DNA from: an uncultured Candidatus Rokubacteria bacterium
Lineage (GTDB): Bacteria > Methylomirabilota > Methylomirabilia > Rokubacteriales > CSP1-6
Length of the DNA stretch: 64,000 bases
Assembly: GCA_963754315.1 (NCBI GenBank)
Contig: CAVWFS010000007.1
Span: forward strand, 160,001 to 224,000
Direction of reading: 5' to 3'
The position numbers and the translations under genes were made by a program. How positions within the stretch are numbered: position 1 is the first letter of the stretch; each line of letters begins with the position of its first letter. The notes below the pieces were generated by a model, which saw only the letters and a list, made by a program, of their open reading frames with translations, made no database searches and was not told the origin of the DNA. This document shows, piece after piece, positions 1-11,156 of this stretch.

Positions 1-54
<54 letters not shown>

Positions 55-111
55 GTCCGCACACTCCTTGAGGGACAGGTGATTTTACCATGTCCCCCCG
101 GGCGCCGCCCG

Positions 112-1110
112 TCACGGCGCGTCGTCGCGCAAGGCCGCCGCCGCGTCCTCGGGGGGTACCGGATTGATGAAAAAGCCGCTGCCCCACTCGAAGCCGGCCA
201 CCCGGGTCAGCTTCGGAATGATCTCTAGATGCCAGTGGAAGTAGGTCAGGCTCGGCTCGTTGAGCGGGGCCGTATGCAGCATGAAGTTGTAGGCCGGATC
301 GTGCAGGACTGTGTTCATGCGGCGCAGGAAGTCGCCGAGCACAGCCGCGAGGCCGCGCATCTCCTCCACCTGGGACTCCTCGAAGGCGGCCCGATGCTGG
401 GTGGGGAGTACCCATGTCTCGCAGGGAAAACGGGGAGCGAAGGGAGCCAGGACGACGAAACCGTCGCGCTCGAGGATGATCCGGTGCCGGGCGCGCCGCT
501 CCTGACGCAGGATATCGCACCAGACGCAGCGCTCCTTGCGACGATAGTAGTCGGCCGAGCCGGTGAGCTCCTCCCGCACCATGATGGGGATGATGGGGGT
601 GGCGATGAGCTGGCAATGAGGATGCTCGAGCGACGCGCCCGCGGCCTCGCCGTGATTCTTGAAGAGCAGGATGTATTCGAAGCGCGGGTCCTTCTTCAGA
701 TCGACCGCGCGCTCGCGGAAGGCCAGCAACACATCGGCCACCTCGTCGACCGAGAGGCTGGCCAGCGTCGCCTCGTGATTGGGACTCTCGATGATGACCT
801 CGTGGGCCCCGACTCCGTTCATGCGATCGAACAGTCCCTCGCCCGCGGGCTCCAGCTCACCTTCGATACGCAGCGCTGGGAACTTGTTTGGCACCACCCG
901 GTACGACCAACCGGACGAGTCCGAGGGAGAGTCGGGGGCGCGCCCGGCCAGGATCTCGGGAGGGGTGAGGCTTTCGTGGCCGGGACAGAAGGGGCAGATT
1001 GCCGTCCGGGGCGTGACCGGTTCCGGTTGGAAATCCGAGGGACGCTTCGCCCGCTCGGATGAGATGATCACCCATCGCCCGACCACGGGATCCTTGCGTA
1101 GCTCAGGCAT
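112..1110 (-). CDS. galT: Galactose-1-phosphate uridylyltransferase (GalT/HIT family)
   Basis: N-terminus MPELRKDP..RAKRP, CPFCPG zinc motif, GASLEHPHCQ catalytic HxH and AGFEWGSG. ATG at 1110 overlaps the gpsA end. Confidence 0.92.
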   Translation of the reverse strand: MPELRKDPVVGRWVIISSERAKRPSDFQPEPVTPRTAICPFCPGHESLTPPEILAGRAPDSPSDSSGWSYRVVPNKFPALRIEGELEPAGEGLFDRMNGVGAHEVIIESPNHEATLASLSVDEVADVLLAFRERAVDLKKDPRFEYILLFKNHGEAAGASLEHPHCQLIATPIIPIMVREELTGSADYYRRKERCVWCDILRQERRARHRIILERDGFVVLAPFAPRFPCETWVLPTQHRAAFEESQVEEMRGLAAVLGDFLRRMNTVLHDPAYNFMLHTAPLNEPSLTYFHWHLEIIPKLTRVAGFEWGSGFFINPVPPEDAAAALRDDAP

Positions 1111-2113
1111 CCGGGCCTCGGGTTGGCAAATCCTCGCGCGTGGCGGCCCGCCCCAGTAGCGCAGCCAGGGCCTCGGAGGGCGACCAGCCCGCGAAGAGCA
1201 CGGCCCCCACCGCCTCGCAGATTGGCACGCTCGCGCCGGCACGGCGGGCCAGGACCAGTGCTGTGCGGACGGTCGGGACGCCTTCGGCTACCATGCGCGT
1301 GGCCCCTTGCGCCTCGGCCAGCGCACGGCCCCGGGCGATGGCAATCCCGAGCGTCCGGTTGCGCGAGAGGCTGCCCGTGCAGGTCAGGACCAGGTCGCCG
1401 AGCCCGCTGAGCCCTGTCAGAGTAGTCGGGACCGCTCCCAGGGACGCGCCCAGGCGCATGACCTCGGTGAGACCACGCGTGATGAGGGCGGCCCGAGCGT
1501 TCTCACCGAGATCGAGGCCGTCGGCGAGGCCAGTCGCGAGCGCGATCACGTTCTTCATGGCGCCGCCGATTTCCACGCCCACCACGTCACGGTTGGTGTA
1601 GAGCCGAAACTCGCGCGTCCCCCAGGCATCGCGCAATCGCGTGGCCAGGGTCTCGTCGGTTGACGCGAGCACGGCCGCCGTCGGCTGCGCACGGGCGACC
1701 TCCCGCGCGAAGGTCGGCCCAGACAGCACGGCCACCGGCGCCATGGGGAAGCGCTCGGCGATGAGCTCGCTGATGCGGAGGTGGCGCTCGGGATCGAAGC
1801 CCTTGGTGGCGGATACGACGGCAGCCCCTTCCCGTAACGCCGGTACGCTCTTGAGCGTCCTGGCCACGAATTCCGAGGGCACGGCCAGCAGGACCACGTC
1901 GGCGTTCCCCACCGCCTCGTCCAGATCCGCGGTGACGGCGACGCCGCCGGGGACGGCGACGTCCTCCAGATAGAACGGATTGTGGCGGTGAACGGCAATG
2001 GCAGTCGCGATCGAAGGGTCACGAGCCCACAAGCTCACGGCCAGGCCTCGCCGCCCGAGATGGACAGCCAGCGCCGTACCCCAGCTCCCTGCCCCAAGGA
2101 TTGCGACCCTCAC
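1103..2113 (-). CDS. gpsA: NAD(P)H-dependent glycerol-3-phosphate dehydrogenase
   Basis: GAGSWGTALA Rossmann motif, LSGPTFA, GGAMKNVIA, GLGDLVLTC..SRN. The GTG start overlaps the plsY stop. Confidence 0.95.
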   Translation of the reverse strand: MRVAILGAGSWGTALAVHLGRRGLAVSLWARDPSIATAIAVHRHNPFYLEDVAVPGGVAVTADLDEAVGNADVVLLAVPSEFVARTLKSVPALREGAAVVSATKGFDPERHLRISELIAERFPMAPVAVLSGPTFAREVARAQPTAAVLASTDETLATRLRDAWGTREFRLYTNRDVVGVEIGGAMKNVIALATGLADGLDLGENARAALITRGLTEVMRLGASLGAVPTTLTGLSGLGDLVLTCTGSLSRNRTLGIAIARGRALAEAQGATRMVAEGVPTVRTALVLARRAGASVPICEAVGAVLFAGWSPSEALAALLGRAATREDLPTRGPDA

Positions 2114-2697
2114 GCAGTGCGCTCGCCGAGTCGACGCTCGTTGCCGGAGAGTAAGCGATCGATATTCTCGCGGTGACGGGCGATGACGATGACGGCCACC
2201 AGCACGCTGGCCGCCACCGACGGCCCAGGATACCTGAGCATCAGGGCCCCCAGAGGGACGCACAGAGCGGCCAGGACCGAGGCCAGTGACACGTAGCGAA
2301 AACTCGCGGTGATGACGAGCCACACGACGATCGCGGGCGCCACGGCCATCGGCACCAGCGCGAGCAACGCGCCGAATCCGGTCGCGACCCCCTTGCCCCC
2401 CCGAAAGCTCAGGAAGACAGGCCAGCAATTCCCCACCACCGCCGCCACCGCACAAGGGGCCACCGCGCCGCCGCTGAGGAGTCCGCCGAGCCAGACGGCA
2501 CCCGCGCCCTTGACGATGTCACCGACCAGCGTAAGGGCGGCCGGCCCTCGCCCCAGGGTGCGCAGAACGTTGGTTGCCCCGATGGTCCCGCTGCCGTGGC
2601 CACGAATGTCGCCGAGCCCGAAAACGCGCGCAATGAGAAAGCCGATGGGGATGGCGCCGATCAAGTAAGCGAGGGCGATCCCGAGCGCCTGCCTCAC
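2110..2697 (-). CDS. plsY: Glycerol-3-phosphate acyltransferase PlsY
   Basis: GSGTIGATNVLR, FRGGKGVAT and RHRENIDRL motifs; hydrophobic protein. Confidence 0.95.
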   Translation of the reverse strand: MRQALGIALAYLIGAIPIGFLIARVFGLGDIRGHGSGTIGATNVLRTLGRGPAALTLVGDIVKGAGAVWLGGLLSGGAVAPCAVAAVVGNCWPVFLSFRGGKGVATGFGALLALVPMAVAPAIVVWLVITASFRYVSLASVLAALCVPLGALMLRYPGPSVAASVLVAVIVIARHRENIDRLLSGNERRLGERTA

Positions 2698-3263
2698 GAC
2701 CAGCGCTCTTCCTCAGGCACGATCGCGCGATAGTCGGCCTTTCGGAAGAAGCGGTAGAAGTAGTCCACGGCCGAGACGATCGTGAGCCCGAGGGCCACCC
2801 AGAGAACGGCCATGGTCGCAGTATGGAAGGGCGCGGCCCCGATGCCCTTCTCGAGGATCAACATGGTGACGGCCACGTACTGGCTGACCGTCTTCCACTT
2901 GGCCAGTCTGGAGGCGGGCACGATCACGCCGACTCCGGCTGCCACCGCCCGAAGGCCGGTAACGGCCAGCTCACGACCAATGATGACCACCACGATCCAC
3001 GCCGCGATCTTATCGATCTGGAGGAGCGAGACCAGGGCCGCCGCCACCAGGAGCTTGTCGGCGATGGGATCGAGGAGGGTGCCCAAGGTGGTGACCTGAT
3101 TGCGTCGGCGCGCGATAACACCGTCGAGCCAGTCGGTGATCGACGCCAGGATGAAGATGGCGGCCGCGATCAGCGCGTCGACCCGTGAGGACGAGATGAG
3201 GAACACGATGAGGAGAGGGACGGCCACGATGCGGGTCATCGTGAGCCCAATCGGTAAGTTCAC
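2694..3263 (-). CDS. pgsA: CDP-diacylglycerol--glycerol-3-phosphate 3-phosphatidyltransferase
   Basis: CDP-alcohol phosphatidyltransferase motif DWLDGVIARRRNQVTTLGTLLDPIADK. Start is GTG at 3263 or 3269. Confidence 0.92.
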   Translation of the reverse strand: MNLPIGLTMTRIVAVPLLIVFLISSSRVDALIAAAIFILASITDWLDGVIARRRNQVTTLGTLLDPIADKLLVAAALVSLLQIDKIAAWIVVVIIGRELAVTGLRAVAAGVGVIVPASRLAKWKTVSQYVAVTMLILEKGIGAAPFHTATMAVLWVALGLTIVSAVDYFYRFFRKADYRAIVPEEERWS

Positions 3264-3300
3264 GCCCACACTCCCATCCCAGTGAGAACCTACTCGCCCA

Positions 3301-4032
3301 TTATCCTCGGCCGGCGACGATCTCGTCAACGCCGGGATGATAGACGGGGACGAGGGTGGCCGTGTCGAGAGTGAGACAGAGGTCGACATCGGCCCGCCGC
3401 CCCAGACGGATCAGATGCCGAGCCCACGGAGAATCATCGCGCAGACGGCCGACCTCGGCCCCGTAAGGACGGGCGACGGCCGCCGCGACCTGCGCCGTCG
3501 CTGATAGATCCACGGTCGGCATGATGGCGGCCAATCGCTCGACGAGCAATCCGGCACAGACTTGATCTTCCAGGGACAGGTCACCGCGTTCCCCCGCGCA
3601 CACCAGCACAACGGGGCGGCCTTGCTCGCCCACCCACCGGGCGGCGGCGGTCCGATTGATCAAAGCGGCCACCCCGATGGCGGCGGCGCTGCGAGCGGCG
3701 AGAAGGGCGCGGGTTCCGTTGCTGGTGGTGAGCAGTACCGTGCGGCCCTGCAAGCATGCCTCCGCCACTTCCACGGGCGAGTTGCCGAGATCGAACCCCG
3801 GGATCATCTCCCCCCGGCGCTCGCCGGCCAGCAGGGGCTCGCCGCCGTCGAAGCGGCGTGCACGCTGCCGCGCCTCGGCCGGATCGGCCACGGGAATGAG
3901 CGCCCGGCAGCCGCGTGCGAGGGCGGTCACGATCGTGGTGCTGGCCCGCAGCACGTCGATCACGAGGACGGTAGTTCCGACCACCCCATCGGCGGCCACA
4001 CTGTCGGCGGTCAGGACCACATCGACGCGCAC
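3301..4032 (-). CDS. comB: 2-phosphosulfolactate phosphatase family protein
   Basis: VIDVLRASTT, LAGERRG, FDLGNSP, TTSNGT and SLEDQVCAG motifs. Confidence 0.88.
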   Translation of the reverse strand: MRVDVVLTADSVAADGVVGTTVLVIDVLRASTTIVTALARGCRALIPVADPAEARQRARRFDGGEPLLAGERRGEMIPGFDLGNSPVEVAEACLQGRTVLLTTSNGTRALLAARSAAAIGVAALINRTAAARWVGEQGRPVVLVCAGERGDLSLEDQVCAGLLVERLAAIMPTVDLSATAQVAAAVARPYGAEVGRLRDDSPWARHLIRLGRRADVDLCLTLDTATLVPVYHPGVDEIVAGRG

Positions 4033-4049
4033 CGGTCGGTCCGTTCCGG

Positions 4050-5252
4050 TTAGCCGCGGTCGCGCAGAGCGCGAATTCGCAGTCGCAGTGCGTTCAGGTT
4101 GATGAAGCCTTCGGCGTCACGCTGGCGGTAGACGCTGTCGGCTTCGAAGGTGGCGAAGTCGCCTCGATAGAGCGAGCGCGGCGAGCGTCGGCCCACCACG
4201 GTGAGGTTCCCCTTGTAGAGCTTGAGACGCACGGTGCCGGTGACATCGCGCTGGCACTCGTCCAGGAACCCCTGCAGGGCCTGGCGCTCAGGCGAGAACC
4301 AGAAGCCGTAGTAGATCATCTCCGCGTAGCGTGTGACGAGCGAATCGCGGAGGTGAAGCACCTCCCGGTCCAGGGTCAGCGATTCCAGGGCACGGCGGGC
4401 CACGTGCAGGATGGTCCCTCCCGGCGTCTCGTAGACACCCCGCGACTTCATGCCGACAAAGCGGTTCTCCACCAGATCGACCCGTCCGATGCCGTGCTCA
4501 CCCCCCACGCGGTTCAGCCGTTCGAGGAGCGCCACCGGTCCCAGGCCTTGTCCGTCCACCGCGATCGGCGTGCCCGCCTCGAAGTCGATCTCGAGCGGCA
4601 CTGGCACATCGGGTGCGTCTTCCGGCGAGTTGGTGAGCAGGAACATCTTGGGAGGCGGCTCCCGCCACGGGTCCTCCAGGATGCCGCCCTCGTACGAGAT
4701 GTGGAAGAGGTTGCGATCAGTGCTGTAGGGGCGCTCGGCCGTCACCGGCACGCTAATGCCGTGCTGGCGGGCAAACTCCAGGAGAGCCGAGCGGGAGGTG
4801 AGCTCCCACTCGCGCCAGGGGGCAATGACTCGCAGCTCGGGAGCCAGGGCCGCGTAGGTCAGCTCGAAGCGGACCTGATCGTTGCCCTTGCCGGTAGCGC
4901 CGTGAGCCACCGCGTCGGCGCCCTGCGCCCGCGCGATGTCCACCTGGGCTCGGGCGATCAGCGGTCGCGCGATGGACGTTCCCAGCAGGTAGCTTCCCTC
5001 GTACACGGCGTTGGCCCGCAGCATGGGAAAGACGAAGTCCCGGACGAATTCCTCGCGCAGGTCCACGATGTGTACGCTGGAGGCTCCCGTGGCGAGGGCC
5101 TTGTCGCGGATAGGGATCAGTTCCTCGCCCTGCCCGAGGTCGGCGCAGAAGGCCACCACTTCGCATCGGTAGCGCTCGATCAGCCAGCGGAGGATGACCG
5201 AAGTGTCCAGCCCGCCGGAATACGCGAGAACGACCTTCTTGGGGTCAGACAT
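4050..5252 (-). CDS. argG: Argininosuccinate synthase
   Basis: [37 protein letters not shown]. Confidence 0.98.
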   Translation of the reverse strand: MSDPKKVVLAYSGGLDTSVILRWLIERYRCEVVAFCADLGQGEELIPIRDKALATGASSVHIVDLREEFVRDFVFPMLRANAVYEGSYLLGTSIARPLIARAQVDIARAQGADAVAHGATGKGNDQVRFELTYAALAPELRVIAPWREWELTSRSALLEFARQHGISVPVTAERPYSTDRNLFHISYEGGILEDPWREPPPKMFLLTNSPEDAPDVPVPLEIDFEAGTPIAVDGQGLGPVALLERLNRVGGEHGIGRVDLVENRFVGMKSRGVYETPGGTILHVARRALESLTLDREVLHLRDSLVTRYAEMIYYGFWFSPERQALQGFLDECQRDVTGTVRLKLYKGNLTVVGRRSPRSLYRGDFATFEADSVYRQRDAEGFINLNALRLRIRALRDRG

Positions 5253-6168
5253 CGCCGAGGGAGCCTCCCAGCAGATCGAGCAGGACTGCTTTCTGGGCGT
5301 GCAGCCGGTTCTCGGCCTGATCGAGCACGATGCTGCGTGGCCCGTCCAACACCGTATCCGTGATCTCCTCGCCGCGGTGGGCAGGCAGACAGTGCATCAC
5401 GAGCGCGGAGGACTTCGCGGCGGCCACCAGTGGGTCGCTGAGCTGGTAGCGGCTGAACGCTTCCAGACGCTGCTCGCGCTCCGCCTCTTGCCCCATGCTG
5501 ATCCACACGTCGGTGTAGAGCACGTCGGCGTCCCGGGCCGCCTCCATGGGATCGCGGGTGACCACGATGGTGCCCCCGCTTCGCCCTGCCCGGCGCCGGA
5601 TGCCCGGGTCGGGATCGTGGCCCTCCGGGCAGGAAATGATCATGGTGCAGCCGAGCAGTCCGGCCAGCAGCATGAGGGAATGGCACACGTTGTTTCCGTC
5701 CCCGATCCACGCCAAGCGTGTGGTGGCGAAGTCGACGCCCCGCTCCCAGAGCGTGAAGAAGTCGGCCACCGCTTGGCACGGATGCTCCAGATCCGAGAGC
5801 CCGTTGATGACGGGGATGCTGGCGTGGCGGGCCAGGCCCTCCACGGTGGCGTGGCTATAGACACGGGCCACGATGCCGTCCACCCAGCGCGAGAGGTTTC
5901 GAGCGACGTCCGGAACCGACTCTCGCGAGCCCATGCCGATCTCGCCGCTCGACAGATAGACGCCCCTCCCACCGAGCTGAATGAGACCGACCTCGAAGGT
6001 GACCCGCGTGCGGAGTGATGGTTTCTCGAAGATCAGGGCGAGCGTCCGGCCCGCAAGGGCCGAGGAGTGCCGTCCCGCCTTGAGCTGCTGCTTCAGCTCC
6101 GCTGCCACCCGGAACAAACGCAACACGTCGTCGCACGTGAGGTCGCCCGCGGAGAGGAAGTGCTTCAT
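5245..6168 (-). CDS. argF: Ornithine carbamoyltransferase
   Basis: [38 protein letters not shown] (MKHFLS) overlaps the argD stop. Confidence 0.96.
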   Translation of the reverse strand: MKHFLSAGDLTCDDVLRLFRVAAELKQQLKAGRHSSALAGRTLALIFEKPSLRTRVTFEVGLIQLGGRGVYLSSGEIGMGSRESVPDVARNLSRWVDGIVARVYSHATVEGLARHASIPVINGLSDLEHPCQAVADFFTLWERGVDFATTRLAWIGDGNNVCHSLMLLAGLLGCTMIISCPEGHDPDPGIRRRAGRSGGTIVVTRDPMEAARDADVLYTDVWISMGQEAEREQRLEAFSRYQLSDPLVAAAKSSALVMHCLPAHRGEEITDTVLDGPRSIVLDQAENRLHAQKAVLLDLLGGSLGDV

Positions 6169-7361
6169 GCCCTTGTCGGAGCCAGTGCGTTTTCGAGGAT
6201 AGCGAGCGCGCGATCGCACTCCGCCTCACCCACGACCAGCGCCGGCGCCAGGCGGAGGACGCGTTCACCGGCGGTGAGGACGAGCAGGCCCGCGTCGCGG
6301 CAGGCGTCCACCAGGGGTGCCGCGATGCGGTCCAGCTCAATGCCGATCAGGAGTCCGCGGCCGCGTACCTCGCGAATGGCGGGAAAGCGCTCCTGCAATC
6401 GGCTCAGACTCTGCATGAGGTGTCGACCCATGCGCGCGGCTCGCTCCGGGATCTTCTCCTCGATCACGGTGGCCAGGGTGGCAAGCGCCACCGAGCTGAC
6501 GAATGGGGTGCCGCCGAAGGTCGAACCGTGCGTGCCCGGCGTGAGGACGCTTGCCACGTCCTCGCGCGCGAGCATGGCGCCGATCGGCACGCCGTTGGCC
6601 AGAGCCTTGGCGACGGTCATGATGTCCGGCTCCACTCCGGCGTGCTCGTAAGCCCACAATCGGCCCGTGCGCCCCATGCCGGTCTGGATCTCGTCGAGGA
6701 TGAGCAAGGCTCCGACCTCGTCACAGAGCTTCCGCAGCCCGGGCAGATAGTCGTCGCGAGGGACATTGACACCGCCCTCGCCCTGGATCGGCTCGACAAG
6801 GATGGCGGCCGTGCGGCTGTCCATGGCTCGCTCCATCGCCCGAAGGTCATCGTAAGGGACATGCTTGAAGCCGGGCAGCATCGGCTCGAACCCGTGCTGG
6901 TACTTTTCCTGCCCGGTCGCGCTCACGGTGGCCAAGGTCCGTCCGTGAAAGGAATTGCGGGTGGCGATGATCTCGAACCGGTCGGAGGCCAGACGGTCCT
7001 TGGCATACTTGCGCGCCAGCTTGATGGCCGCTTCATTCGCCTCCGCTCCCGAGTTGCCGAAGAACACACGGTCGGCGAAGGAATGCTCGCACAGGAGCTT
7101 GGCGAGGTGGGCCTGGGGTGCCGTGAAGAAGATGTTCGAGACGTGGAGCAAGGTTGCGGCTGCTTCCTGGATGGCGCCAGTCACGCGCGGGTGGCAATGC
7201 CCGAGTGAGGTCACAGCCAGGCCCGAGGTGAAATCGAGGTACTCACGGCCATCGCTGTCCCATACGCGCAGACCATCGCCTCGCACGAGACAGATGGGGG
7301 TTCGCCCGTAGTTTGGCGTGTGGTACTTCCCGGACCACTCCATCAACGTCTTGGTGTCCAT
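6165..7361 (-). CDS. argD: Acetylornithine aminotransferase
   Basis: NSGAEANEAAIKLARK, SFHGRT, EPIQGEGG, DEIQTGMGRTG; arg operon context. Confidence 0.95.
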   Translation of the reverse strand: MDTKTLMEWSGKYHTPNYGRTPICLVRGDGLRVWDSDGREYLDFTSGLAVTSLGHCHPRVTGAIQEAAATLLHVSNIFFTAPQAHLAKLLCEHSFADRVFFGNSGAEANEAAIKLARKYAKDRLASDRFEIIATRNSFHGRTLATVSATGQEKYQHGFEPMLPGFKHVPYDDLRAMERAMDSRTAAILVEPIQGEGGVNVPRDDYLPGLRKLCDEVGALLILDEIQTGMGRTGRLWAYEHAGVEPDIMTVAKALANGVPIGAMLAREDVASVLTPGTHGSTFGGTPFVSSVALATLATVIEEKIPERAARMGRHLMQSLSRLQERFPAIREVRGRGLLIGIELDRIAAPLVDACRDAGLLVLTAGERVLRLAPALVVGEAECDRALAILENALAPTRA

Positions 7362-7379
7362 CGTCTGCCTCCTATCAAA

Positions 7380-7476
7380 GTCGGGGGGAGCGCCCGCCGC
7401 TCCTCCCCGACACCCCCCACCGGTTTCGATCGCAACGTCGGGGGAGCGCCCGCCGCTCCTTCCCGACCCCCACCGG
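7380..7476. repeat. Two tandem copies of a ~42-bp palindromic intergenic unit
   Basis: GTCGGGGGGAGCGCCCGCCGCTCCTCCCCGAC-ACCCCCCACCGG at 7380-7423 and a near-identical copy at 7437-7476; each can fold as a hairpin. Confidence 0.9.
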
Positions 7477-7485
7477 CCTCAGACG

Positions 7486-8354
7486 TCAGAGCACGATCTC
7501 GGTGCCCACGCCCTCGCGGGTGAACAGTTCGAGAAGGATCGCGTGCGGCACGCGACCGTCGATGATGTGGGCCTTGCCGGTGCCGCGTTCGAGGGCCCGG
7601 AGCGCCGACTCCACCTTGGGGAGCATACCGCCGTCGATGACCCCGTCCTGGATCAACCTTTCGACGTCCTTGCGGGACAGCGTGGAGGCGAGACGCCCCG
7701 CCACCAGAATGCCCTGCACGTCGGTGAGGTGAATCAGCTTCTCCGCGCCGAGCGCGGCCGCCATGTCACCGGCCACCAGGTCCGCGTTGATGTTGTATGT
7801 CTCGCCCGTGATCCCCACCCCCACGGGCGCGATGACGGGGATGAACCCGTGCTCTTCCAGTAGTCGGATGGGCTCGGTATTGATCGCCTCGACCTCACCG
7901 ACCAGCCCGATGTCGACCTCCTCGCCGCTCGGAAGCCGGTGCAGGCGTCGGCGCGCCACGATGAGACGGGAGTCCTTGCCGGACAGTCCGACCGCGTTCC
8001 CGCCGTGCAGGTTGATCAGCCCCACGATCTCCTTGTTGATCTTCCCCCCCAGCACCATCTCCACGATCTCCATCGTTTCCTCGTCGGTGACGCGCATGCC
8101 CCCCACGAAGCGCGGTTCCTTTCCCAGCCGCTTCATGAGGGCGCCGATCTGGGGCCCACCGCCGTGCACGATAACAGGGTTGACGCCCACCAGCCGGAGC
8201 AGGATGACGTCGAGGGCGAACGACTCCTTGAGGTCGGCCTGTTCCATGGCCGCGCCCCCATATTTGATGACCACCGTCTTGCCGCGAAATTCCCGGATGT
8301 ACGGGAGCGCCTCCAGGAGCACCTCGGCCCGGCGGACGTTGTTGGGATCGACCG

Positions 8355-8358
<4 letters not shown>
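7486..8358 (-). CDS. argB: Acetylglutamate kinase
   Basis: [32 protein letters not shown]. Confidence 0.97.
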
Positions 8359-9701
<1,343 letters not shown>

Positions 9702-9714
9702 GGGGTTGCTGCTC

Positions 9715-10254
9715 TCACAGGGCCTCCACGGTGATCTGATCGTTGGTGTAGATGCAGATGCTGGCGGCGACCCGCATGGCCTCGGTGACGATGGTTTTAG
9801 CATCGAGATCCGAATGGGTCACCAGAGCCCGGGCGGCGGCCAGAGCGTAGGGGCCGCCAGAGCCGATCCCGATGAGGCCGTCGTCGGGCTCGATCACGTC
9901 GCCCGTCCCGGAGACGATGAACGATTGGTCGCGGTCAGACACGGCCAACATAGCCTCCAGCCGTCGCAACACACGGTCTGACCGCCAATCCTTGGCGAGC
10001 TCCACCGCAGCTCGCGCGAGGTTGCCGCGATGCTCGTCGAGCTTGGCCTCGAAGCGGGCGAAGAGGGTGAAGGCGTCGGCAGCGGCGCCAGCGAATCCGG
10101 CCACGACCCGGTCGTGATAGAGCTTGCGCACTTTGCGCGCTCCCGCCTTGACCACTGTCTGGCCGATGGTCACCTGCCCGTCGGCCCCCAGCGCCACCTG
10201 ACCGCGATGGCGGACGGAAAGTACGGTGGTGGCGTGCGCGCGCGCCCGCATCAC
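9715..10254 (-). CDS. hslV: ATP-dependent protease peptidase subunit HslV
   Basis: HATTVLSVR (Thr nucleophile), [21 protein letters not shown]. Confidence 0.96.
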   Translation of the reverse strand: MMRARAHATTVLSVRHRGQVALGADGQVTIGQTVVKAGARKVRKLYHDRVVAGFAGAAADAFTLFARFEAKLDEHRGNLARAAVELAKDWRSDRVLRRLEAMLAVSDRDQSFIVSGTGDVIEPDDGLIGIGSGGPYALAAARALVTHSDLDAKTIVTEAMRVAASICIYTNDQITVEAL

Positions 10255-11156
10255 CGCGCGGGGACCGACGAGGCTCTCCCCGCGATCCGGGCGCGCGGAT
10301 GAGCCCCATCGTAGGTGCGCATGATCTGGGCTGAGCTGACGTGCGTGTAGCGCTGGGTGGTCGAGAGCCGGCTGTGCCCGAGCAGGTCCTGGACCATCCG
10401 AAGATCGGCGCCGCCGTCAAGGAGGTGCGTGGCGAAGGTGTGACGCAGGGTATGCGGGCTGACCCGGCGAGCGATCCCCGCCGCCCGTGCCGCCCGCTTC
10501 ACGATATTTTGGACGCTGCGCGAGCTCAAACGCCCGCCGCGGACATTCACGAAGAGCGGACCCCGCGGTGTCGGGCGGCTCGCCAGATACACCTCCAGTG
10601 CACGGGCCGCGGCCTGGCCGAAGGGCACCACCCGCTCCTTGCTCCCCTTCCCGAGCACGCGCACGGTCATGGTCTCACCATCGATGGCGTCGACATCGAG
10701 CCCAACGAGCTCCGAGACCCGCAGGCCGCTCGCATACAGTAGCTCCACGATGGCCACGTCGCGTACCCGCGCCGTGCCATGGAGCTGGCGGGCCTCCACC
10801 ATGGGCATGGCCTCATCGATGGGCAGGAACGTCGCCAGCTTGCGGGGTAGTCGCGGATTGCGGACATCGCGCGCGACGTTGCGCTCGACCACTCCGCGGC
10901 GCACGAGGAAGCGAAACCAGCTCCGCAGGGCCGACAGATGCCGGGCCGCCGACACCGGATCGCAGCCCGCCTGATGCAGGTGGGCGAGGTAGGCACGGAT
11001 CACGCGCGTGTCCACCGCGTCCACCTCTGTATAGCCCGCCGCCGCGCTGAAATCGCAGAAGCGCTCCAGGTCTGTCCGGTACGCACGTACGGTGTGACGC
11101 GAGGCGTTGCGTTCCACGGACAGATACCGCAGGAAGCGCGCCAGCACGGCCTTCAT
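10251..11156 (-). CDS. xerC: Tyrosine recombinase XerC
   Basis: [35 protein letters not shown]...TTQRY; conserved topA-xerC-hslVU context. Confidence 0.9.
   Translation of the reverse strand: MKAVLARFLRYLSVERNASRHTVRAYRTDLERFCDFSAAAGYTEVDAVDTRVIRAYLAHLHQAGCDPVSAARHLSALRSWFRFLVRRGVVERNVARDVRNPRLPRKLATFLPIDEAMPMVEARQLHGTARVRDVAIVELLYASGLRVSELVGLDVDAIDGETMTVRVLGKGSKERVVPFGQAAARALEVYLASRPTPRGPLFVNVRGGRLSSRSVQNIVKRAARAAGIARRVSPHTLRHTFATHLLDGGADLRMVQDLLGHSRLSTTQRYTHVSSAQIMRTYDGAHPRARIAGRASSVPAR

Noticed and set aside
10251..11156. Tyrosine recombinase as a phage or island integrase
   Set aside because: It sits in the housekeeping topA-xerC-hslVU arrangement with overlapping genes and no cargo or att sites.
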